From: Patescibacteria group bacterium | GTDB taxonomy: Bacteria > Patescibacteriota > Microgenomatia > UBA1406 > HO2-37-13b | Length of the DNA stretch: 41,439 nt | NCBI GenBank assembly: GCA_035290045.1 | Contig: DATDVH010000037.1 | Coordinates: forward strand, 1 to 41,439 | Direction of reading: 5' to 3' | Part shown: piece by piece, positions 9,767-17,652 of the stretch | Layout of the letters: every line of letters starts with the position of its first letter | How positions within the stretch are numbered: the stretch's first letter is position 1 | Notes under the pieces: generated by a model | Told to the model about the DNA's origin: nothing | Database searches by the model: none | Seen by the model: only the letters and a program-made list of their open reading frames with translations | Made by a program: the position numbers and the translations under genes

Positions 9767-10477
9767 TTAATTCCTATATCCTTGTGTTTCAATTTTTTGA
9801 GCTAAAATACCGTTTCCAACTTGAGTTATTTTTCCCTTATTTAATACTATGACTGTATCTGGTCTTAGATATTTTAAAATTCTATTATAGTGTGTAATAA
9901 TGATGAATGTTTTTTTGGCGGTCATTTGTTTCTTGATGAATAAAGCGATTGTTTTTAATGCGTCAATATCAACTCCCGTATCTATCTCATCAAAAAATAT
10001 ACACGAAGGATTTGTAATAGTTGATTGCAATACTTCCATTTTCTTTTTTTCTCCTCCCGAGAAATTTTCATTCAACGATCTTCCCAGCAATTCTTCAGGT
10101 ATTTGTAGTTCCTGCGCGGATTTTTTTAGTTTTTTTCGGATATCAAGAATGTCTGATTTTTTATCCTTCATATATCTTATTAGTTGATATATAGTTACTC
10201 CAGATAAAGAGAAAGGTGATTGAAAAGTAAGGAATAATCCTTCATGGGCTCGTTTATCTGGGGTCAGATCAGTAATATCTTTTTGATTGAATATGATACG
10301 TCCTTCATTTGACACTGAGTACGAAGGATGTCCCATGACTGTTTGCGCAAGAGTTGACTTGCCCGAACCATTTGGTCCCATGATAGCGTATATTTTCCCT
10401 TTTTCAAACGTATAAGATATATCAGAAAGGATTTTTTTCTTTTCAACTGACACGGTGAGATTTTTAAGAATGAGCAT
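9767..10477 (-). CDS. sufC: Fe-S cluster assembly ATPase SufC
   Basis: Walker A GPNGSGKSTL, ABC signature FSGGEKKKME, Walker B IFFDEIDTGVD, H-loop ITHY. Confidence 0.95.
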   Translation of the reverse strand: MLILKNLTVSVEKKKILSDISYTFEKGKIYAIMGPNGSGKSTLAQTVMGHPSYSVSNEGRIIFNQKDITDLTPDKRAHEGLFLTFQSPFSLSGVTIYQLIRYMKDKKSDILDIRKKLKKSAQELQIPEELLGRSLNENFSGGEKKKMEVLQSTITNPSCIFFDEIDTGVDIDALKTIALFIKKQMTAKKTFIIITHYNRILKYLRPDTVIVLNKGKITQVGNGILAQKIETQGYRN

Positions 10478-10566
10478 AAGAGAAAGTGTTTTTGATCGTC
10501 AGATTTTTAATATCCACCCAAATCAATAGTAGTATATAAAAAATGAAGCTAAAAAACAACAAACTA

Positions 10567-11541
10567 TTATAAAAGTCCTATTTTTTCCTTTACTTCTTTC
10601 ATTGTTTGTCGTGCAATGGCGTGAGCTTTTTCTGCTCCTTGAACGATTACTGAATTTATGTATGTTGTATCTTTTTCAATATCATATCGTTTTTCTTGAA
10701 TGGGTGCAAGTTCCTTATAAATGGCTTCGGTAATCGCATCTTTTAACTCAACGAATTGAAGGGTGCCATTATCGTATGCTTGTTTGAAACGGTTTTTTTC
10801 TTCAGGAAGATAAAAATCTGTCAATGTAAAGAGCGTTTGAACGCCCTTTGTCATTTGTCCTCCTACTTTTGTGGCAGTAGCCACAGATCGTATTTTTTTT
10901 CGTACGACATCTATTGTATCAGTGAGGTTAATATAACTTCCTTCTACTGATTTGCTCATTTTCCCTTCTCCAGTTAAGGATGGAATATATTCGCCCTTCG
11001 TGATAAACCGAATGGGTTCTGGAAAGTCAGTATGGTACTTTTGATTCATTTTACGGTCGATCTCCCGCGCCACTTCAAGGTGCGGTTCTTGATCAATACC
11101 TACGGGGACAAGTCCTGCTTTATAAATAAGAATGTCCGAAGCCATAAGAATAGGATAATTCAAAAGCGACATGGTATTGTCATTCGGATATTGTTTTATC
11201 TTTTCTTTATAAGTGGGTAAATGTTGCATACGGGCAATAGACATAAGAGATGAAAAATAAAATGCAAGCTCAAAATGTTCGGGAATATCTGATTGGAGAA
11301 AAATAATGCTTTTTTCTGGGTTAAGTCCTGCAGAAAGATAATCAATGATAACTTCACGCCGATTTTTCCTCAATTGCGCAACATCAAACGGTGTCGTTAG
11401 AGTGTGTGCATCTGCTACCATATAGATGGTCTCATATTCGTTACTCTCTTGAAGTATCAACATACCCTTGATTGCACCAAGATAATTGCCAAGATGTAAT
11501 CTTCCCGTCGCCCGTATTCCTGCAAGTACTCGTTTTTTCAT
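10567..11541 (-). CDS. trpS: Tryptophan--tRNA ligase
   Basis: Class I aaRS with TGRLHLGNYLG (a HIGH-type motif), KMSKS, and the typical TrpRS GIDQEPHLE and AYDNGTL blocks. Confidence 0.93.
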   Translation of the reverse strand: MKKRVLAGIRATGRLHLGNYLGAIKGMLILQESNEYETIYMVADAHTLTTPFDVAQLRKNRREVIIDYLSAGLNPEKSIIFLQSDIPEHFELAFYFSSLMSIARMQHLPTYKEKIKQYPNDNTMSLLNYPILMASDILIYKAGLVPVGIDQEPHLEVAREIDRKMNQKYHTDFPEPIRFITKGEYIPSLTGEGKMSKSVEGSYINLTDTIDVVRKKIRSVATATKVGGQMTKGVQTLFTLTDFYLPEEKNRFKQAYDNGTLQFVELKDAITEAIYKELAPIQEKRYDIEKDTTYINSVIVQGAEKAHAIARQTMKEVKEKIGLL

Positions 11542-11591
11542 ATTATTTTATATAAGATAGTTTATCATGTGTAAAAAATTGTTTATACAGA

Positions 11592-12296
11592 TTATAACAA
11601 TTTCTCAATAAGTCCAGCGTAATTATAAGGAGTGTATGTATCATTTATGAATATTGGGTAATAAATACCTATAAGTCCGAGTTTTTTTAAGTCTCTTTCA
11701 GGTATTTTTTTGAAGGCTTTCCACTGGGGAAATATGTATTTAGTTTGTTGTTCACGCGTGATTCGGTAGCTGAATTTGTATAATTGCATCTTTTTGTATT
11801 TTTCGTCTGGATTAAACTTTTTTAAGTCAATTATTTTGTTTACCCAATAATCCGTGTCAAATTTCTTACTGGTGAGACTGATTTCTACAGACAAGCAGTT
11901 TTTAACATATTTATTAATGCAATCATAATCAGCAAGGATGATTTTTTTTAAATCAAGAAAAGACCCCAGTTTTACTGCCTTTTCATAAGATGTTCCGCCA
12001 ACAAACCCACAGTCGTTTTCTGGACAGCATGTATTGTGAAAGTCAATGACAAAGTCATAAAACGTGCATTTCTCAAAGATTTTTTTTGCTCGTATTTCTT
12101 CATATGATCCGTTTACTTTCCCGGGAAATACTCTGTTGAGGTCCTGATCTATATATCTTTTATTTTGTTTGATTGCTTTCTCGTTGGCAAAAAGAACATC
12201 AATATAAGGAATTTTGAGGCTTTGCAATTTTTTGCACACTTCAATTCCTAGAGGTTCGTTGCCATGAATTCCTCCGATTATTAGATATTTTCTCAT
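11592..12296 (-). CDS. Succinylglutamate desuccinylase/aspartoacylase (AstE/AspA) family Zn-dependent deacylase
   Basis: N-terminal IIGGIHGNEPLGIEV is the zinc-ligand His-x-x-Glu motif, and DFHNT follows later. The size is consistent with a single-domain member of the family. Confidence 0.65.
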   Translation of the reverse strand: MRKYLIIGGIHGNEPLGIEVCKKLQSLKIPYIDVLFANEKAIKQNKRYIDQDLNRVFPGKVNGSYEEIRAKKIFEKCTFYDFVIDFHNTCCPENDCGFVGGTSYEKAVKLGSFLDLKKIILADYDCINKYVKNCLSVEISLTSKKFDTDYWVNKIIDLKKFNPDEKYKKMQLYKFSYRITREQQTKYIFPQWKAFKKIPERDLKKLGLIGIYYPIFINDTYTPYNYAGLIEKLL

Positions 12297-12312
12297 AACA
12301 CTACTTATTCTT

Positions 12313-12981
12313 TCAATTTTTAATAAACAAGACTCTATCTAGATTTTCTTGATCGGTGAAATTTATAATCTCATTATTCTGCGGTCCCATGATTTGCTTC
12401 ATGTTGAATTTTCTTGCCACATATATCATGGGAGATTGATAATTTGTTCTCATTACAATAGATTGTTGAAGAGTTTGAGCTTGAGTTATCAGTGTTTGGG
12501 TTAGTTCGTTGCTTAATCCTCTCCCTCTAAAGAGAGGCGCAACTCCACATTCTGAAAAGTAAAATAGCCTGCCAGAAGTATTCAATTGAGTAAAAAGATT
12601 ATTCAATTTAATTTTCATTTCATCTGTTCTATATTTTTCAGAAATAAATTCAGAACAATTCTTATATGAAAATCCCCATGCAAAACCTATTATTTGTTTT
12701 TCGTTCTCAATAATTGTTAAGAGTGAATTTGGTCTATCAAGTTCACTTTTAATATGTAAGATAGTATCTTGTATTGGATATGCCTCTTGAAGCATATCTT
12801 TGCAATGAGGGCATAAGCTACCCGGCTTGGTATCCAAACCAAAGAATGTATTGCACCCTTGAGACTTTGTATATTCATTCCACGGGGATAGAGCAAAAAC
12901 TTCAGCATACAATTTTGCCAAACTGATCATGTTTAATCGTTCTTTTGTCTTTCCTTTTTCTTTGTAGTGGTATTTTTCCAT
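12313..12981 (-). CDS. GNAT-family N-acyltransferase (putative)
   Basis: ECGVAPLFRGRGLSNELTQTLI fits the GNAT motif A (R/Q-x-x-G-x-G/A). It has a strong SD (GGGAGG) 10 nt upstream of the ATG. The acceptor substrate is unknown. Confidence 0.55.
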   Translation of the reverse strand: MEKYHYKEKGKTKERLNMISLAKLYAEVFALSPWNEYTKSQGCNTFFGLDTKPGSLCPHCKDMLQEAYPIQDTILHIKSELDRPNSLLTIIENEKQIIGFAWGFSYKNCSEFISEKYRTDEMKIKLNNLFTQLNTSGRLFYFSECGVAPLFRGRGLSNELTQTLITQAQTLQQSIVMRTNYQSPMIYVARKFNMKQIMGPQNNEIINFTDQENLDRVLFIKN

Positions 12982-12982
12982 A

Positions 12983-13009
12983 TAAAAAAAACCTCCCTGT
13001 TGGGAGGTT
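12983..13009 (-). terminator. Intrinsic terminator / SD-sequestering hairpin immediately upstream of the GNAT start codon
   Basis: The minus strand reads AACCTCCC-AACA-GGGAGGTT followed by TTTTTT-AT-ATG. This is an 8-bp GC-rich stem with a U-tract, and the 3' arm contains the GGGAGG Shine-Dalgarno. Confidence 0.55.
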
Positions 13010-13032
13010 GGTAATGGATATTTTAATTAATT

Positions 13033-13119
13033 TTATTTATATTTTTTATCCATATACATACCAACCTCATCAAATGAAGCATGATGCCACTTCGTTTGGT
13101 TGGTAATGTAAAAATTCAT
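13033..13119 (-). CDS. Candidate leaderless 28-codon leader peptide (MNFYITNQTKWHHASFDEVGMYMDKKYK)
   Basis: The ATG lies 6 nt downstream of a TGT-TACAAT extended -10. The ORF runs through both arms of the upstream alternative hairpin. It is too short for the ORF track, and there is no homology evidence. Confidence 0.35.
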   Translation of the reverse strand: MNFYITNQTKWHHASFDEVGMYMDKKYK

Positions 13120-13125
13120 ACGTTT

Positions 13126-13153
13126 ATTGTAACATTGTTTTCTTATTTTGCAA
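13126..13153 (-). promoter_or_regulatory. Sigma70-like promoter for the leader/GNAT transcription unit
   Basis: The minus strand reads TTGCAA (13153-13148), a 16-nt spacer ending in TGT (extended -10), then TACAAT (13131-13126). Confidence 0.5.
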
Positions 13154-13185
13154 GCGAAAATTTTTTAAGCCGTATTTTAACTATG

Positions 13186-13256
13186 TCGGGGTGGGGAGAA
13201 TTGAACTCCCTCCTCACGGTCCCAAACCGCGTATTCTACCGGTGAACTACACCCCG
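13186..13256 (-). tRNA. tRNA-Pro (anticodon UGG), no encoded CCA
   Basis: The minus strand reads CGGGGTG-TA-GTTC-ACCGGTA-GAAT-A-CGCGG-TTTGGGA-CCGTG-AGGA-GGGAG-TTCAATT-CTCCC-CACCCCG-A. This gives a full cloverleaf with a 7-bp acceptor stem, a TTCAATT T-loop, anticodon TGG and G37. Confidence 0.88.
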
Positions 13257-13350
13257 AATTTTTCTTATTCTATTATACTAAAACTTATATCAATAATTTG
13301 ATACAATAAGGGTCTCTATAAAGAAGATCATTTTAAGAAGAAAAATATCC

Positions 13351-13989
13351 ATGTATAAATATACACTGAAACGAATAATTGACGTGATACTTGCCAGTAT
13401 GCTAATTATTTTCTTTCTTCCGATATGCCTCATAGTAGCAATCATAATCAAGATAGATTCAAAAGGACCTATTTTTGCCGATGTGCCTGAGAGAGTAGGC
13501 GGAGACGGAAAGCTTTTCAGGATGTATAAGTTTCGCTCCATGATTGCCAATGCCCATTTTATTTTGCGCAATAGCACACAGTTTAAAGATTTGTATCAAG
13601 AATATAAAAGAAGTAGTTTCAAACTCAAAAAAGATCCACGTATTACTCGTATCGGTAAATTTATACGGAGACATTCCCTCGATGAGATTCCACAGCTTAT
13701 CAATGTACTCAAAGGAGATATGAGCATTGTTGGTCCCCGCGCATACTATCCCGATGAGTTAGTTGATCAACAAAAAAAATATCCGCACACAAAAATATTA
13801 GTAAAAAAAGTATTATCTGTGAAACCAGGTATAACAGGATTATGGCAGACTTCGGGGAGATCAGAGATTAATTTTGATAAACGTATTGCGATTGACGCTC
13901 AATATGTAAAGTATATGTCTTTTGTGCACGATATATTTATTATCGCCAAGACTCCCTGGGCGATGGTCAGTGGAAGGGGAGCTGTTTAA
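13351..13989 (+). CDS. Polyprenyl-phosphate sugar-phosphate transferase (bacterial sugar transferase, WbaP/WcaJ C-terminal type), initiating enzyme
   Basis: N-terminal TM helix, then KGPIFA, FRMYKFRSM, DEIPQLINVLKGDMSIVGPRA and PGITGLWQ. Confidence 0.9.
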   Translation: MYKYTLKRIIDVILASMLIIFFLPICLIVAIIIKIDSKGPIFADVPERVGGDGKLFRMYKFRSMIANAHFILRNSTQFKDLYQEYKRSSFKLKKDPRITRIGKFIRRHSLDEIPQLINVLKGDMSIVGPRAYYPDELVDQQKKYPHTKILVKKVLSVKPGITGLWQTSGRSEINFDKRIAIDAQYVKYMSFVHDIFIIAKTPWAMVSGRGAV

Positions 13990-14022
13990 TTTTTTTTCAG
14001 TATGGTATACTGATTTTAGTAT

Positions 14023-15933
14023 ATGATTGAAAATTTTATTAAAAAAGATAGCAGTCAAAAAAAATCCAGAAAAAGATTTGTATTTACTCTATTTGCAACG
14101 GTAGCAGGTTTTTTTATTCTGTTTTTTACCATAGGGTATTTTTTAATTTTTCTTCCTGCTCAAACTCTTAAAACACAGGCGAGTGAAATAAATACTGTTG
14201 CTCGTCGGGTATCTGACGCTTTTAAGAAAAACGATATTGATACAGTAGGAATGGAACTCAAAAATCTTCAGAAAAAATATAAGACGGTGCAGAATACTGC
14301 CAAAAAACTATATTGGATCAAGTATGTGCCTTTCTTATCTCCTTATGGATCTGATCTTAAAAACGTTGTTTCTGCAGGAGATGAGATCATTCAGTCTTTG
14401 TTGATTGCTGAAGAATCAGTTGAACCCTATGCAGATCTCATTGGTCTAAAAAAAGGGAGTGCTGGATTTTTTGAACAACCTGCAGATCAACGGATACAGA
14501 CTGCAGTACTCACTCTTGATAAAGTAGTCATGAAGACTGATGATATTGCACAGCACATAGATAAGGCTCGTGAAGCTATTGATACAATTGATGAAAATAG
14601 ATATCCTCAAAAGATCGGTGCAAAAGAAGTGCGAAATAAGATCAAAAAAGTCAAGGAACAATTTGAAATTTTTGCGACTCTTTTTGTTGAGTCAAAATCT
14701 TTTTTCAAGAAGCTCCCTGCCATTTTTGGAGCCGAAAAAGAATTGACATATCTTGTTTTATTTCAAAACGATAAAGAGCTCAGACCTACAGGAGGTTTTC
14801 TCACCGCATATGCCATTTTCAAGATCAAAAATGGTAAATTTCAAATTGTGCGATCAGAGGATGTGTACTCGCTTGATGAATCAATTTTATCTCATCCAAA
14901 AGCTCCAAAAGAGATACTCACCTATCATAAAAACGTAACAACGTTTAACATTCGCGATAGCAATCTTTCGCCAGATTTTGTAACTTCTTTGGGACTATTC
15001 AATTCGCTCTATGAGAAAAGTAGAAAAAAAATCATATACGATGGAGTGATTGCCGTTGATACTCAAGTTCTTGTTGACGCATTGAATGTGCTTGGTGATA
15101 CTGAAGCTGATGGAGTTGTCTTTAGCGCAAATACTGACAAACGATGCGATTGTCCGCAGGTGATTTATAAGTTATTTGATATGGTAGATCGTCCGGTGAA
15201 TTATGTGAAAGAGAACAGAAAAGGCATTTTAGGGGATCTTTTGTATGCGTTGACTCAAAAAGCATTAGGATTTTCACCAAAACAGTATTGGGGAAGGTTG
15301 TCTCAAGATATGTTCAAAAATCTTCAGGAGAAACATATCCTTATGTATTATAAAGATACTGATATCCAAGAAGCAGTTGAGCACATCAATTTCGCGGGAA
15401 GAATACGAGACTATAAAGGAGATTATCTTCATATTAACGATACTAATTTTGCTGGTGCGAAATCAAACCTTTTTGTCCGACACACAGTCATTTCTGATAC
15501 AAATATCAAATCAAATGGGACGGTTGAGCGTGCTCTTAAAATAGAATATAAAAATCCGAGTCCCCATTCGGATTGTAATCTTGAGAGGGGGGGTCTTTGT
15601 TTGAATGCAACATTACGTAATTGGATAAGAGTGTATGTGCCAAAGGGATCAAAGCTTGTCAATTTTCAAGGGTCAGAAAAAAAAGTGAATACCTATAATG
15701 ATTTGTCAAAGACAGTGTATGAGGGATTTGTAAGTGTACAACCAATGGGTAAATCAACCATATTTATCACCTATACGCTTCCTTTTAAGATTACCAGTGA
15801 GAAAGAATATTCATTATATATTCAAAAACAACCGGGGACGCTCGGACATGGGTATGTTATTAAAGTGAATGAAAAAGAAAAAGACTCATTCAAACTGACG
15901 ACCGATAAAAAATTCAGTAACAAAAAAACATGA
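14023..15933 (+). CDS. DUF4012-family envelope protein (N-terminal TM anchor, large extracytoplasmic domain)
   Basis: YLVLFQNDKELRPTGGFLTAYAIFKI is the hallmark DUF4012 block. There is a single N-terminal TM helix. Confidence 0.7.
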   Translation: MIENFIKKDSSQKKSRKRFVFTLFATVAGFFILFFTIGYFLIFLPAQTLKTQASEINTVARRVSDAFKKNDIDTVGMELKNLQKKYKTVQNTAKKLYWIKYVPFLSPYGSDLKNVVSAGDEIIQSLLIAEESVEPYADLIGLKKGSAGFFEQPADQRIQTAVLTLDKVVMKTDDIAQHIDKAREAIDTIDENRYPQKIGAKEVRNKIKKVKEQFEIFATLFVESKSFFKKLPAIFGAEKELTYLVLFQNDKELRPTGGFLTAYAIFKIKNGKFQIVRSEDVYSLDESILSHPKAPKEILTYHKNVTTFNIRDSNLSPDFVTSLGLFNSLYEKSRKKIIYDGVIAVDTQVLVDALNVLGDTEADGVVFSANTDKRCDCPQVIYKLFDMVDRPVNYVKENRKGILGDLLYALTQKALGFSPKQYWGRLSQDMFKNLQEKHILMYYKDTDIQEAVEHINFAGRIRDYKGDYLHINDTNFAGAKSNLFVRHTVISDTNIKSNGTVERALKIEYKNPSPHSDCNLERGGLCLNATLRNWIRVYVPKGSKLVNFQGSEKKVNTYNDLSKTVYEGFVSVQPMGKSTIFITYTLPFKITSEKEYSLYIQKQPGTLGHGYVIKVNEKEKDSFKLTTDKKFSNKKT

Positions 15934-16472
15934 ATCGGTATGGGAAAGACGAAGGAATTGTACTCGCGAAAAAAAATCTTCTTAATGGAAATAGATTAGT
16001 CATACTCTTTACCAAAGCTCATGGAAAAATTGTCTTGACTGGGTATGGAGTGCGAAAGTTGACCAGTAGACGTCTTTCTCATCTTGAGACGGGCAATTAT
16101 ATACGTATTTCTTTTCACAAAAAAAATAGTTATTTCTACCTTTCTGAAACAGAACTGATCTACGCGTATTCAAAAATTAAAAAATCTGGAGAAAAACTGT
16201 CGCTTTTGTTTCTCTTTTTAACGATCCTCTCGAAAATACTTCCTGAAAATCAACCAGAACAAGAGCTTTTCACTATCGCTAAAAAAGTCCTGAGGAAAAT
16301 GAATAATGTGAGTGATTTTACTTTAACATCTCTTATTCCTTATATCACTTTATGTCTTCAAAAAAGTGGATTTGTCAATGAAGAACAGGTAAAAAATCCC
16401 TCTTTTGATCCGATTACGTTTATTGAAGATTTAGTAGATAAAAAGTTGATACTATTTAACCTCGGGGGTTAA
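15930..16472 (+). CDS. recO: Short RecO-like recombination mediator
   Basis: The N-terminal pattern DEGIVLAKKNLLNGNRLVILFTKAHGKIVLTGYGVRK is OB-fold-like and RecO-like. The start forms an ATGA overlap with the DUF4012 stop. Confidence 0.55.
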   Translation: MNRYGKDEGIVLAKKNLLNGNRLVILFTKAHGKIVLTGYGVRKLTSRRLSHLETGNYIRISFHKKNSYFYLSETELIYAYSKIKKSGEKLSLLFLFLTILSKILPENQPEQELFTIAKKVLRKMNNVSDFTLTSLIPYITLCLQKSGFVNEEQVKNPSFDPITFIEDLVDKKLILFNLGG

Positions 16473-16531
16473 ACGGGATTATGCGACAAACTAATCTATG
16501 ATTTTTATCATTTCACTCTTTATAAAAAAAC

Positions 16532-17617
16532 CTATGTCAATTTTTCATTCTCTGTCCCTTGGAAGTTTTCAACGAGTTTTTTGATCTTACCGACTGAGGT
16601 TTTTTTGGCAACGAGCAATACATCATCGGTATTGACTATTAGAATATCTTCAAGATCAATCCCTACTATCATTTTTTTATCATCATAGTTATAGACGAGA
16701 TTATCAAACGAATCTTCAAGAAGCACTTTTCCTTTGGTAATATTATCATCTCTTTGTTTTTCAAGTGCTTCTTTCAATGCTTCCCACGCTCCAACATCGC
16801 TCCATCCGATATCTTCGATCACGACATACGCACTTTTTTTATCAAGTTTTTCAAGAATAGCGTTATCAAAGTTGATCTTTGGCATTTTCGCATAAAATGA
16901 AGCTGATATAGTATCAAAATTCTTTTTTCCTTTATTTTCCATTATTTTTTGCGAGAGTTCATATATTGTTGGAGTCCACTGTTCAAAAAGTTTGTTGACG
17001 AATTGGGGCGTTGATACAAAATATCCCAAGTTCCAGCAGTGATGTCCATCTTTGAAGTAACGCTCTGCTCTTTTTTTCTCAGGACGATACTTAAAGCCTA
17101 AAAAAGATCGAAAGTCAATTTTTTCTTCTTTTTTTACCATTGCACCTGACTCTATCCAACCAAGATTTTCCGATGCAAAACGAGGTTTCTGCCCGATAAA
17201 TACTATTTTGTCTGAATCTTTTTGAATCAGTTTATCAGCGCTTTGCAAAATTCGTTTGAACTTGTCTACTTGACGGACGAGATGATCGCTCCACAAGATG
17301 ACGACTGATTCTTTTGGATATTTTTCCGCTAAATATGTCATCACATAAGAGACTGCTGGACCAACATCTTTTTTCTCCGGTTCGCCGATTATATTTTCTT
17401 TTGGGATAAAGTTAACTTGTTGGTGTACCACGTCAACGTAATTTCTTCCTGTTGAGATGTAAATATCATGAGGTGCAAACTCTGGAATAAGGCGATCAAC
17501 CGCAAGTTGAAGAGTTGATTTATTGCCGATAATTTTTTCAAACTGTTTGGGCGACTTTTTCCGCGACAGCGGCCAAAGTCGTGTTCCTACTCCTCCTGCA
17601 AATATAACTGCTTTCAT
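16532..17617 (-). CDS. manC: Mannose-1-phosphate guanylyltransferase (nucleotidyltransferase domain only, no PMI/cupin domain)
   Basis: N-terminal AVIFAGGVGTRLWPLSRKKSPKQF is the GGxGxRLWPLSR signature. GWSDVGAW occurs later. Confidence 0.82.
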   Translation of the reverse strand: MKAVIFAGGVGTRLWPLSRKKSPKQFEKIIGNKSTLQLAVDRLIPEFAPHDIYISTGRNYVDVVHQQVNFIPKENIIGEPEKKDVGPAVSYVMTYLAEKYPKESVVILWSDHLVRQVDKFKRILQSADKLIQKDSDKIVFIGQKPRFASENLGWIESGAMVKKEEKIDFRSFLGFKYRPEKKRAERYFKDGHHCWNLGYFVSTPQFVNKLFEQWTPTIYELSQKIMENKGKKNFDTISASFYAKMPKINFDNAILEKLDKKSAYVVIEDIGWSDVGAWEALKEALEKQRDDNITKGKVLLEDSFDNLVYNYDDKKMIVGIDLEDILIVNTDDVLLVAKKTSVGKIKKLVENFQGTENEKLT

Positions 17618-17652
17618 CTGAAAGTTAAAATGAAAAATTAAAAATTATAATC

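Noticed and set aside
13257-13350. Promoters might exist for tRNA-Pro (minus-strand TATAAT at 13278-13273) and for the sugar transferase gene (TGA-TACAAT on the plus strand near 13301-13309).
   Set aside because: -10-like hexamers are present, but I could find no convincing -35 partner at 16-18 nt. Such hexamers are frequent in this AT-rich spacer, so I left them unannotated.
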